DNA from: Clostridium sp. CAG:628
GTDB taxonomy: Bacteria > Bacillota_I > Bacilli_A > RF39 > UBA660
NCBI GenBank assembly: GCA_000438415.1
Contig: FR902240.1
Location: forward strand, 1-50,306
Direction of reading: 5' to 3'
Length of the DNA stretch: 50,306 bases
This document shows positions 38,055 to 46,317 of the stretch, in pieces (the stretch's first letter is position 1; each line of letters opens with the position of its first letter). Below the pieces are notes generated by a model. That model ran no database searches, was not told the DNA's origin, and saw only the letters and a list, made by a program, of their open reading frames with translations. A program made the translations under genes and the position numbers.

Positions 38055-39841
38055 TGAATAACTTACCAAATAATACAAAACCAAAGAATTTTACTACTTC
38101 ACTAAAAAAACTAATTAAATCTCTTTTCCCTTATAAAAAGGGAATAATAATAGTATTTATATTTAGTATATTGTCTACCTTATTTACAATAGTTGGACCA
38201 AAAGTACTAGGTAATGCTACTACTGAATTATATAATGGAGTAGTTAGAAAACTAAATAATGCTGGAAATATAGATTATACAAAATTACATACTATACTTT
38301 TAACATTACTTATACTTTATATAATAAGTGCTATATTTAACTATATACAAGGTATAGTAGTTGCAAAAATAAGTGCGAAATACACATTAGAATTAAGAAA
38401 AAAAGTAAATAGAAAAATGGAAAAGTTACCACTTAAATACTTTGATAAAAAGAGTCATGGAGAAGTATTATCTCTAATAACTAATGATATAGATAAAATA
38501 AGTCAAAACCTAAGTAATACATTAACTGAAACAGTAACATGTATAATAGCCGTATTAGGTATGCTTATAATGATGTTTAGCATAAATGTAACAATGACTC
38601 TAGCAATAATTATAATACTACCAATATGTATGATATTAACTGCAATAATTGCAAGTAAGGGACAAAAATATTTTACTCTTCGTCAAGAAGGACTAGCCAA
38701 AGTTGACACTAAAGTAGAAGAAATGTTAAGAAACCATAATATAGTTAAAGTATTTAATTCAGAAGATAAAATATTAAAAGAATTTAATAAAGAAAATGAT
38801 TTACTTGCAGATAGCACTTGGAAGAGTAACTTTATTGGTGGAATAATGCACCCAATAATGATGCTTATAGGAAATTTAAGCTATGTTGTAATTGCATTTT
38901 TAGGTGGTTTATTTGTAATACAAGGAAAGATTACAGTAGGTAACATTCAGTCATTTATAACATATGCTAAAAACTTTACAAATCCAATAGGTAGTCTAGC
39001 AAGTATTATGACAGAATTAGAAAGCATGATTGCTGCTAGTGAAAGAGTAGAAGACTATCTAAGTGAAGAAGAGGAAAAGAAAGTAGAAAATCCAGTACCT
39101 TTAAATAATGTTCAAGGTAATATTACTTTTGACCATGTTAAATTTGGATATGATGAAAACAAAATTATTATTAAAGACTTCACTGCACATATAGAAAGTG
39201 GTAAAAAAATAGCAATAGTAGGACCAACTGGAAGCGGAAAAACTACATTAGTAAAACTTCTTATGAGATTTTATGATGTAAATTCAGGTAATATATTAAT
39301 AGATGGTGTAAACATAAAAGATGTAGAAAGGACTAGTCTTAGAAAAAATATTGGAATGGTTTTACAAGATACTTGGCTTTATAGTGGAACGATTATGGAA
39401 AACATTAGGTATGGTAGACTTGATGCGACGGATGACGAGGTTATTGCTTCTGCTAAAGAGGCTCAAGTACATCACTTTATACAAACTTTACCAGATAGTT
39501 ATAACTTAGAAATAAACGAAGAAACTAGTAATATTAGTGAAGGACAAAAACAATTACTTACAATTGCAAGAGCAATACTAAAAAACCCTAAAATTCTAAT
39601 TTTAGATGAGGCTACTAGTAGTGTAGATACAAGAACTGAAGAACTTATTCAAAAAGCAATGGATACTCTTATGAAAGGAAGAACTTCATTTATAATTGCA
39701 CATAGACTTTCCACAATTAAAAATGCTGACTTAATATTAGTACTAAAAGATGGAGACATAATCGAGCAAGGTACACATGAAGAACTATTAAAGAAAAATG
39801 GTCTTTATAAGTCACTATATAGTAGTCAATTTGAAAGTTAA
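38054..39841 (+). CDS. ABC exporter permease/ATPase, consensus-site subunit
   Basis: Walker A GPTGSGKTT, Walker B ILILDEATS, H-loop IIAHRLS, and a deviant signature ISEGQKQL. ATAATG overlaps the partner gene. Confidence 0.9.
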   Translation: MNNLPNNTKPKNFTTSLKKLIKSLFPYKKGIIIVFIFSILSTLFTIVGPKVLGNATTELYNGVVRKLNNAGNIDYTKLHTILLTLLILYIISAIFNYIQGIVVAKISAKYTLELRKKVNRKMEKLPLKYFDKKSHGEVLSLITNDIDKISQNLSNTLTETVTCIIAVLGMLIMMFSINVTMTLAIIIILPICMILTAIIASKGQKYFTLRQEGLAKVDTKVEEMLRNHNIVKVFNSEDKILKEFNKENDLLADSTWKSNFIGGIMHPIMMLIGNLSYVVIAFLGGLFVIQGKITVGNIQSFITYAKNFTNPIGSLASIMTELESMIAASERVEDYLSEEEEKKVENPVPLNNVQGNITFDHVKFGYDENKIIIKDFTAHIESGKKIAIVGPTGSGKTTLVKLLMRFYDVNSGNILIDGVNIKDVERTSLRKNIGMVLQDTWLYSGTIMENIRYGRLDATDDEVIASAKEAQVHHFIQTLPDSYNLEINEETSNISEGQKQLLTIARAILKNPKILILDEATSSVDTRTEELIQKAMDTLMKGRTSFIIAHRLSTIKNADLILVLKDGDIIEQGTHEELLKKNGLYKSLYSSQFES

Positions 39842-39843
39842 AG

Positions 39844-39870
39844 CATCACTTAACTAGTGATGTCTTTTAT
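39844..39870 (+). terminator. Rho-independent terminator
   Basis: CATCACT / AGTGATG stem, followed by TCTTTTATT. Confidence 0.55.
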
Positions 39871-40113
39871 TAATTGAAAGTTAACAAACATAATTAATAC
39901 TTATTATAGATAATTATTGTAGAAAAATAGTTGATATAAATACAAAAAAGAACTAAAGCTAAACAAAAAATAAAGTACCTATTAAAAAGTTTGTAGTTCA
40001 TAATAAAATTACAAATTTAAAGCGAAGTCAACAATTATTTACTGATAACACAAATATTAAAGCAAATTATTTCTTATTATTATCAATGAGTTCTCCATCT
40101 ACTAAAAATATAC

Positions 40114-40140
40114 CACAAAAAAATCACTCTTCTAAGTGAT
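40114..40140 (-). terminator. Rho-independent terminator of rpmB
   Basis: Minus strand: ATCACT-tagaag-AGTGAT followed by T7. Confidence 0.65.
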
Positions 40141-40302
40141 TTATTTTTCTAAACTTCTAATTTCTTTAGTAGTTAATCTAACTTTCTTTCCGTCAATTTT
40201 AACAGTTTGTAAATTAACTTTTTGAGTCTTTTTAGTAGCCTTTAAACTGAAAGGTCTATTATTACTGCTCATATTTTTTCTATCAGATAAATTTTTTGCC
40301 AT
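40141..40302 (-). CDS. rpmB: 50S ribosomal protein L28 (short, divergent N-terminus); not in the ORF track
   Basis: 53 aa: MAKNLSDRKNMSSNNRPFSLKATKKTQKVNLQTVKIDGKKVRLTTKEIRSLEK. This follows the L28 pattern ...NN.S....TK+...NLQ.V.I.G....V.......R. The AAGGAGG SD lies 8 nt upstream. Confidence 0.75.
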   Translation of the reverse strand: MAKNLSDRKNMSSNNRPFSLKATKKTQKVNLQTVKIDGKKVRLTTKEIRSLEK

Positions 40303-40330
40303 CTTTTTTGCCTCCTTAAACTTCTATAAT

Positions 40331-40359
40331 AATTTACCACAAAATACTGGTTTAGTCAA
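40331..40359 (-). promoter_or_regulatory. Sigma-A-type promoter for rpmB
   Basis: Minus strand: TTGACT, a 17-nt spacer, then TGgTAAATT (extended -10). Confidence 0.55.
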
Positions 40360-40367
40360 TCAATTTT

Positions 40368-40376
40368 TGATATAAT
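40368..40376 (+). promoter_or_regulatory. Extended -10 promoter element for nfo
   Basis: TGaTATAAT, 22 nt upstream of the nfo ATG. Confidence 0.45.
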
Positions 40377-40398
40377 TACACTATTGGAGGTAAAATTT

Positions 40399-41289
40399 AT
40401 GTTATATATTGGAAGTCATACAAGTTATTTAAAAGATAAAGGACTACTTGGAGTAGTGAATGAGAGTATTAGTTATGGTGCAAATATATTTATGTTTTAT
40501 ACAGGAAGTAACCAAAGCACATTAAGGTTTCCTATTGATAAAGAACTAACTAAAAAGGCACATGAGAAAATGTTAGAGTATGGACTAGATAAAACTAAAT
40601 GTATTGTACATGCTCCTTTTATAATAAATCTTGCTAATAACACAAGTGAAGAAAAGTATGAGTTTTATATTAATTTTTTAAGGCAAGAACTAAATAGATG
40701 TATAGAACTTGATATAAGAAATATTGTTCTTCATCCAGGAAGTTATACTACTCTTGATAGAAAAACTGGTATAAAAAATATTGCAAATGGTTTAAATATT
40801 GCATTAGATGGTATAGATGGGGTTAATTTACTTTTAGAATTCATGAGTGGAAAAGGAACAGAAGTAGGAACAAGTATAAGTGACTTAAAAGAAATAATTG
40901 ACTTATTAGATCAAAGTATAAAAGAAAAAGTTTTTGTTTGTTTAGATACATGTCACATGAACGATGCAGGCATTGATATAAGTAAGTTTGATGAGTTTTT
41001 GGATGTTTTTGATAAAAGTATTGGAATTAATAAAATTAAATGTATTCATGTAAACGACAGCATGAATCCAATTGGTAGTCACAAAGATAGACATGCAAAC
41101 TTAGGATATGGCACTATTGGATTTGATAACTTAATCAATGTAATTTATAATCAAAGACTAGATAATATTCCTAAAATACTTGAGACTCCTTGGATAAATA
41201 GAAATGAAAAAGATGCATATGCACCTTATAAATATGAAATAGAAATGATTAAAGATAAAAAGTTTAACGACTATATTAATTCTAAATAA
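40399..41289 (+). CDS. nfo: Deoxyribonuclease IV (endonuclease IV)
   Basis: MLYIGSHTS, HAPFIINLA, LHPGS, CLDTCH and HVNDS. The ATG lies 8 nt after GGAGGT. The track TTG start at 40384 lies within the SD. Confidence 0.9.
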   Translation: MLYIGSHTSYLKDKGLLGVVNESISYGANIFMFYTGSNQSTLRFPIDKELTKKAHEKMLEYGLDKTKCIVHAPFIINLANNTSEEKYEFYINFLRQELNRCIELDIRNIVLHPGSYTTLDRKTGIKNIANGLNIALDGIDGVNLLLEFMSGKGTEVGTSISDLKEIIDLLDQSIKEKVFVCLDTCHMNDAGIDISKFDEFLDVFDKSIGINKIKCIHVNDSMNPIGSHKDRHANLGYGTIGFDNLINVIYNQRLDNIPKILETPWINRNEKDAYAPYKYEIEMIKDKKFNDYINSK

Positions 41290-41539
41290 ATTTAGAATAT
41301 TTGTTTATAAGTTCATTTAGTTTAAAATAAACACTTTCACTAAAAGAACTTTTTTTACTTTCTAAAACCTCTTTAGCATGTCCATCAAGTATATAGTCAA
41401 CATTTGCTTTAACAGTACTAACAAATATTTCTGCTTCACTTGTTGTTACTTCAACTCCTTCTTTAAGGCCATACTTAATAACATCTTCGCTAGTTAAATT
41501 AAGTACATAATTTTTAACTAAATTCTTTATAATAATCAC
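41282..41539 (-). CDS. Small conserved hypothetical protein (DUF2624-like)
   Basis: 85 aa. GTG start 6 nt after GAGGTGA. Convergent 8-nt overlap with the nfo end. Confidence 0.55.
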   Translation of the reverse strand: MIIIKNLVKNYVLNLTSEDVIKYGLKEGVEVTTSEAEIFVSTVKANVDYILDGHAKEVLESKKSSFSESVYFKLNELINKYSKFI

Positions 41540-41659
41540 GTATAATCACCTCATTAAAATAATATGTATAAAAACATATTTAATACATAAAATAATAATG
41601 GTAAGGACGTATCCTTTCCAACTTGTTAGATTTAATCGGAAGATTAGTTTTATTCTAAC

Positions 41660-41699
41660 AAAAAAACACTTAAGAAATATCTTAAGTGTTTATTTTTTT
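41660..41699. terminator. Bidirectional Rho-independent terminator
   Basis: An 11-bp stem AACACTTAAGA / TCTTAAGTGTT with loop AATA, flanked by an A-run and a T-run. Confidence 0.8.
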
Positions 41700-41703
41700 A
41701 TTA

Positions 41704-41794
41704 TGGCGGAGTGAGAGAGATTCGAACTCTCGCGCCAGTTTCCCGACCTACACCCTTAGCAGGGGCGCCTCTTCGGCCTCTTGAGTATCACTCC
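41704..41794 (-). tRNA. tRNA-Ser (anticodon GCU), long variable arm, CCA encoded
   Basis: The reverse complement reads GGAGTGATACTCAAGAGGCCGAAGAGGCGCCCCTGCTAAGGGTGTAGGTCGGGAAACTGGCGCGAGAGTTCGAATCTCTCTCACTCCGCCA. Anticodon loop CTGCTAA. Confidence 0.92.
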
Positions 41795-41807
41795 AGCTGA
41801 CTACTTA

Positions 41808-41836
41808 ATCTTACCTTATTTTTCTAATAAAGTCAA
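41808..41836 (-). promoter_or_regulatory. Sigma-A-type promoter for tRNA-Ser
   Basis: Minus strand: TTGACT, a 17-nt spacer, then TAAGAT, ending 13 nt before the tRNA 5' end. Confidence 0.6.
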
Positions 41837-41900
41837 GTTAATTAATAAAAAAATTTAAAATTTTAAAATTATATGATACAATAATTCTAGGTGAAGTACT

Positions 41901-43760
41901 ATGTATTTAAAAATAACAAATGGAAGTATAGAAATAAATAACAAAGTAATATTAGAAGACATAAATTTCTTAATAAAGAACAATGAAAAAGTAGGTTTAG
42001 TAGGAAGAAATGGAAGTGGTAAGACAACACTTTTAAAAGGAATAACCGGACAAATACCTTTTACTAACGGTTATGATAAATTACATATAGAAAAAGATAA
42101 ATTTAAAATAGGTTATGTCAGTCAAGAAAACTTAACTGACCCAGATACACTTTTAATTGATTACATAAGGTCTTCATATAGAGAAATAATAAATATTGAA
42201 AAAAATCTTGAATCTTTAGAAAAAGAAATGTCTAATAGTTATAAAGAAGAAACATTAATAAAATATAATGACTTACTTGAAAGTTATGAATTTTTAGGAG
42301 GATATATTTACAAAAAAGAATACATTACTGCCTTAAATAAATTTGGATTTAATACTGATGTATATAATAAAAAAATAAGTGAATTTTCAGGTGGAGAACT
42401 AACTAAACTATCGCTACTAAAGCTACTTTTATCACGTCCTGACTTACTTATACTAGATGAACCCACTAACCACTTAGATATAACAGCAATTGAATGGTTA
42501 GAAAACTACTTAAAAGAATATAAAAATAACATTATTCTAGTTAGTCATGATAGAATGTTTTTAGATAGCATCTGTAACATTATATACTTAATTGAATATG
42601 GAACAACTAAAAAGTATGTTGGAAATTACACTAGTTACATTAAACAAAGAGAAGAAGACTATATAAAAGCATTAAAAGACTATAATAGACAAAAGAAAGA
42701 AATAAAAAGACTTGAAGAATTAGTTGATAGATTTAAGTATAAACCTACAAAAGCAAAAATGGCAATGAGTAAATTAAAACAAATAGAAAAAATGGTTAAA
42801 ATAGAAAAACCAGAAACATTTGATAAAAAAACATTTAAGATAAACTTTAATCCAACAACTACTAGTTATAAAGATGTATTAAAACTAAAAAACTTATCAG
42901 TTGGGTATACTAAAGAATTATTTAACATTGACTTAAATCTAGAAAGAGAAGATAAACTAGGAATAATAGGCGATAATGGAATAGGAAAAAGTACATTGAT
43001 TAAAACAATAACAGGTGTTATTCCACCTATAAAGGGAAAAGTAATACTTGGTCAAAATGTAAAATATGCATACTTTAGTCAACAATTAGAAAACTTAAAC
43101 AAAGAAAACACTATATATGATGAAATAAAAAATACTTTTAATGAAATGACTCCTCTTGAAGTAAGAACTCTTTTAGGAAACTTCAATTTTAAAGGAGATG
43201 ACGTTTTTAAACAAATAAAAGACTTAAGTGGTGGAGAAAAAGTAAGAGTAAGTTTATGTAAAATATTAAATTCAAAACCAAACTTGCTAATATTAGATGA
43301 ACCAACAAATCACTTAGATTTGATTAACAAAGAAACTATAGAAAGTTTATTAAATGATTACAAAGGTACATTAATAATCGTAAGTCATGATAGATACTTG
43401 ATTAATAAAGTGTGTACGAAACTATTAGTTATAGAAAAAAACAAAACAACTTTATATAACTATGGATATAAGGAGTATTTAGAAAAAAGAGTAGTATCTG
43501 ATAGTACTAAAGCTAATAAGGAAGAAAAACCAAAAAAAGAAAAGAAAAATATTGATAAAACAAATGGTAAGAAAATAATAGAAAAAGAAATAAATGATTT
43601 AGAAAAGAAAGTTAATTTATTAAATAATGAACTACTTAAAAGTGAAGTATATATGGATCAATTAAAATCAAAAGATATACTTCTTCAAATAGAATCATTA
43701 AATAAACTAATCGATAAAAAATATATAGATTTAGAAAGCATAGAAGATTGTGGAAATTAA
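41901..43760 (+). CDS. ABC-F family translation-associated ATPase (no TM domain)
   Basis: Two ABC cassettes (GRNGSGKTT / FSGGELTKL / LLILDEPTNHLD, and GDNGIGKST / LSGGEKVRV / LLILDEPTNHLD). A Lys-rich interdomain linker and a C-terminal coiled coil are present. Confidence 0.9.
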   Translation: MYLKITNGSIEINNKVILEDINFLIKNNEKVGLVGRNGSGKTTLLKGITGQIPFTNGYDKLHIEKDKFKIGYVSQENLTDPDTLLIDYIRSSYREIINIEKNLESLEKEMSNSYKEETLIKYNDLLESYEFLGGYIYKKEYITALNKFGFNTDVYNKKISEFSGGELTKLSLLKLLLSRPDLLILDEPTNHLDITAIEWLENYLKEYKNNIILVSHDRMFLDSICNIIYLIEYGTTKKYVGNYTSYIKQREEDYIKALKDYNRQKKEIKRLEELVDRFKYKPTKAKMAMSKLKQIEKMVKIEKPETFDKKTFKINFNPTTTSYKDVLKLKNLSVGYTKELFNIDLNLEREDKLGIIGDNGIGKSTLIKTITGVIPPIKGKVILGQNVKYAYFSQQLENLNKENTIYDEIKNTFNEMTPLEVRTLLGNFNFKGDDVFKQIKDLSGGEKVRVSLCKILNSKPNLLILDEPTNHLDLINKETIESLLNDYKGTLIIVSHDRYLINKVCTKLLVIEKNKTTLYNYGYKEYLEKRVVSDSTKANKEEKPKKEKKNIDKTNGKKIIEKEINDLEKKVNLLNNELLKSEVYMDQLKSKDILLQIESLNKLIDKKYIDLESIEDCGN

Positions 43761-43795
43761 AAAAATATGTTATATTATTATTGGAGGAATAATAT

Positions 43796-44212
43796 ATGAA
43801 TAAAAAAGGATTTACGTTAATTGAAGTAATTGCTATTATAGCAATATTAGGAGTTATAATGACACTAGCAGTGCCTAGAATACTTTCTTCATTAAATGGT
43901 GGAATTGAAAAAACTATGAAAGTACAAGAAGATGAAATAAGAGAAGCGGGGCTTTTATATTTAGAAGATATGTGTAAAAACCCGATAGGATATGGTACTT
44001 GTCCTAGCACAATAACTTATGATGATGCAACTAATAGTTATAGTGGGAAAGTTTCTTTAGATATTTTAGTAAATTCTAAATATATTGATAAAGTAATGCA
44101 TAGTGGTGAATCCTGTTCGGCTTGTGTAGTATTTAATAACAATGATGCTACTGCTTATTTAAAATGTGGAACAACTTATGAAAACCCAAATTATAGTACG
44201 AAATGTAATTAA
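43796..44212 (+). CDS. Prepilin-type N-terminal cleavage/methylation-domain protein (type IV pilin / pseudopilin-like)
   Basis: MNKKG|FTLIEVIAIIAILGVIMTLAVP is the class III signal. 138 aa with six Cys. GGAGGA SD. Confidence 0.85.
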   Translation: MNKKGFTLIEVIAIIAILGVIMTLAVPRILSSLNGGIEKTMKVQEDEIREAGLLYLEDMCKNPIGYGTCPSTITYDDATNSYSGKVSLDILVNSKYIDKVMHSGESCSACVVFNNNDATAYLKCGTTYENPNYSTKCN

Positions 44213-44220
44213 TTTTATAC

Positions 44221-44248
44221 AAAAAGGCTTGACAACTAGCCTTTTTTT
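44221..44248 (+). terminator. Rho-independent terminator
   Basis: AAAGGCT / AGCCTTT stem, followed by a T-run. Confidence 0.75.
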
Positions 44249-44289
44249 GTTTAAAATATAGAAATTGATAAAAGAAGGGAAGTGTGTTT

Positions 44290-44742
44290 ATGATGGAAAA
44301 CATAGTATTAAAAGAAAAATTAGAAAAACTATTTGACAGATTAACTACTGAAATTGTTTATACGGCTTGGATGAATAGAATTAAATTTAAAGATAAAAGT
44401 ATTAGTGAGTTAATGATTTTAATTAATAAAAAAGATAAGAATTTTACCGCTAAGATATTTAAAAAAGCGTTAGTAGGGTTACAACTTTTACAAAATAAAG
44501 AAATTGAATTACAAAAATGTTCTCTTGTACATTCAACAATTAAATTTGAAAGAGTAGCATCTATTGATACTCTTGGAAAATACCCATTATTTACATATAA
44601 TAATGAAGGTAAATTAATTAAGATCCAATATGGTAAACATTGTAGTTTAGTAAATTTTACAAATAGTTTATTATATGTTATAAGTAAAAGATTACCATCT
44701 ATACTAGATGAAATAGAATCGAAGAAGGTGTTATCAAAGTGA
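44290..44742 (+). CDS. Hypothetical protein, paralogue family member 2
   Basis: About 150 aa. The ATG at 44290 follows GAAGGGAAG; the track uses the GTG at 44284. Carries the KYPLFTYNNEGKLIKIQY motif. Confidence 0.6.
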   Translation: MMENIVLKEKLEKLFDRLTTEIVYTAWMNRIKFKDKSISELMILINKKDKNFTAKIFKKALVGLQLLQNKEIELQKCSLVHSTIKFERVASIDTLGKYPLFTYNNEGKLIKIQYGKHCSLVNFTNSLLYVISKRLPSILDEIESKKVLSK

Positions 44743-45221
44743 TAAAAGATAAAATAAAATTATTTACTTATTATGATTTTGAGTTTAAAAGAAACTTTGT
44801 ATTAAATGAATTAAATAGAGTATTAGATAAAAAAGTGAGTGAATTAACTGCTAATGATTTAAAGTTAACTTCATTAAAGGATAAAGTAAAGCTAATTGAT
44901 AGTTTAATTACCGATGAAGAAGATAAGTTTTTATTTAACACATATAAGGATTTACATGAAAGTCTTGAACTAATAGAAAATAGAACTATTCCTTTTGAAA
45001 ATTTATATATACCAAAAGCAGAATATTATCATTACTATAGAAAACTTAAAAAAATAGATTTATATCCAGCATTTAAATATGATGAAAATGGAGTGGTTTC
45101 TGTATTTAAAAATATAGCATTGAGTGATAAGAATATGTTACTTTCATATATTGATATATATGAGACTAAATTAGTTGAATTAAAGAAATTTTATAAAAAG
45201 AAAGCTTTGCAATTAAAATAA
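44739..45221 (+). CDS. Hypothetical protein, paralogue family member 3
   Basis: 160 aa. A GTGA start/stop overlap with member 2 suggests translational coupling. Carries the LYPAFKYDENGVVSVFK motif. Confidence 0.6.
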   Translation: MIKDKIKLFTYYDFEFKRNFVLNELNRVLDKKVSELTANDLKLTSLKDKVKLIDSLITDEEDKFLFNTYKDLHESLELIENRTIPFENLYIPKAEYYHYYRKLKKIDLYPAFKYDENGVVSVFKNIALSDKNMLLSYIDIYETKLVELKKFYKKKALQLK

Positions 45222-45276
45222 AGTTTTTTTTTATAAAAAAATATATCAAAATAAAGTGTAAAATGATCAAAAATGT

Positions 45277-45305
45277 TTGACAAACATACATTAACGTGAT
45301 ATATT
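45277..45305 (+). promoter_or_regulatory. Sigma-A-type promoter for rpsL-rpsG-fusA
   Basis: TTGACA (45277-82), a 17-nt spacer, then TATATT (45300-05). Confidence 0.65.
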
Positions 45306-45389
45306 ATAAATGTTTGAGTTTTCATGTAAAACTCTAATTAAAATAACAAATACGATACACCAGGAAGTGTGTACGGGAAAGGAGTTAAT

Positions 45390-45806
45390 ATGACTACTAT
45401 TAACCAATTAGTTAGAAAAAGTAGAGGACAAAAAGTTAGAAAGAGTAAAAGCCCAGTATTAAATGTTGGATTTAACTCAAAAGATAGAAAAAGAACTAAC
45501 AACATGAGTCCTCAAAAACGTGGAGTATGTACTCGTGTAGGTACTAAAACACCTAAGAAACCAAACTCAGCATTAAGAAAATATGCTCGTGTAAGATTAA
45601 GTAATGGTTACGAAGTAACTTGCTATATTCCTGGAGAAGGACATAACTTACAAGAACACAGTGTAGTATTAATAAGAGGTGGACGTGTTAAAGACCTAAT
45701 CGGAGTTAGATATCACATTGTTCGTGGTACATTAGATACTGCAGGTATTGACAAGAGAAGACAAGGTAGAAGTAAATATGGTACTAAAAAACCTAAAAAC
45801 AAATAA
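45390..45806 (+). CDS. rpsL: 30S ribosomal protein S12
   Basis: [10 protein letters not shown]...[24 protein letters not shown]...[18 protein letters not shown]. The ATG lies 5 nt after AAAGGAG. The track start at 45369 is an upstream GTG extension. Confidence 0.97.
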   Translation: MTTINQLVRKSRGQKVRKSKSPVLNVGFNSKDRKRTNNMSPQKRGVCTRVGTKTPKKPNSALRKYARVRLSNGYEVTCYIPGEGHNLQEHSVVLIRGGRVKDLIGVRYHIVRGTLDTAGIDKRRQGRSKYGTKKPKNK

Positions 45807-45827
45807 TTAAGAAGGGAGGATTAAACT

Positions 45828-46295
45828 ATGCGTAAAAGACAAGCAGTTAAAAGAGAAGTATTAGCTGATCCTATTTATAATAGCAAAGTTGTTACTAAAT
45901 TAATCAATAGAATTATGATTGGTGGTAAAAAAGGAACTGCTCAAACTATTTTATATGATGCATTTAACATAGTTAAAGAAAAAACTGGAGAAGAACCAAT
46001 GGACGTGTTTATGAAGGCTTATGAAAATATTAAACCTCAATTAGAAATAAAGAGTAGACGTATTGGTGGAGGTAACTATCAAGTTCCAGTTGAAGTTAGA
46101 GAAGAAAGAAAACAAACTTTAGCACTTCGTTGGTTAGTACAATATGCTAAAAATAGAAGTGGTAAAGGTATGGCTGAAAACTTAGCTAACGAAATAATAG
46201 ATGCTGCTAACGGTGTTGGTGGTGCTGTTAAGAAACGTGAGGATACTCACAAGATGGCTGAAGCTAATAAAGCTTATGCTCATTATAGATGGTAA
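45828..46295 (+). CDS. rpsG: 30S ribosomal protein S7
   Basis: 155 aa: [22 protein letters not shown]...[10 protein letters not shown]. Confidence 0.97.
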   Translation: MRKRQAVKREVLADPIYNSKVVTKLINRIMIGGKKGTAQTILYDAFNIVKEKTGEEPMDVFMKAYENIKPQLEIKSRRIGGGNYQVPVEVREERKQTLALRWLVQYAKNRSGKGMAENLANEIIDAANGVGGAVKKREDTHKMAEANKAYAHYRW

Positions 46296-46317
46296 TATAT
46301 AGAAGGGAGAATGAATT

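Noticed and set aside
43636-44010. 124-aa minus-strand ORF spanning the ABC-F end and the pilin start
   Set aside because: It crosses an intergenic SD/promoter region and overlaps two well-supported + strand genes. It is not protein-like.
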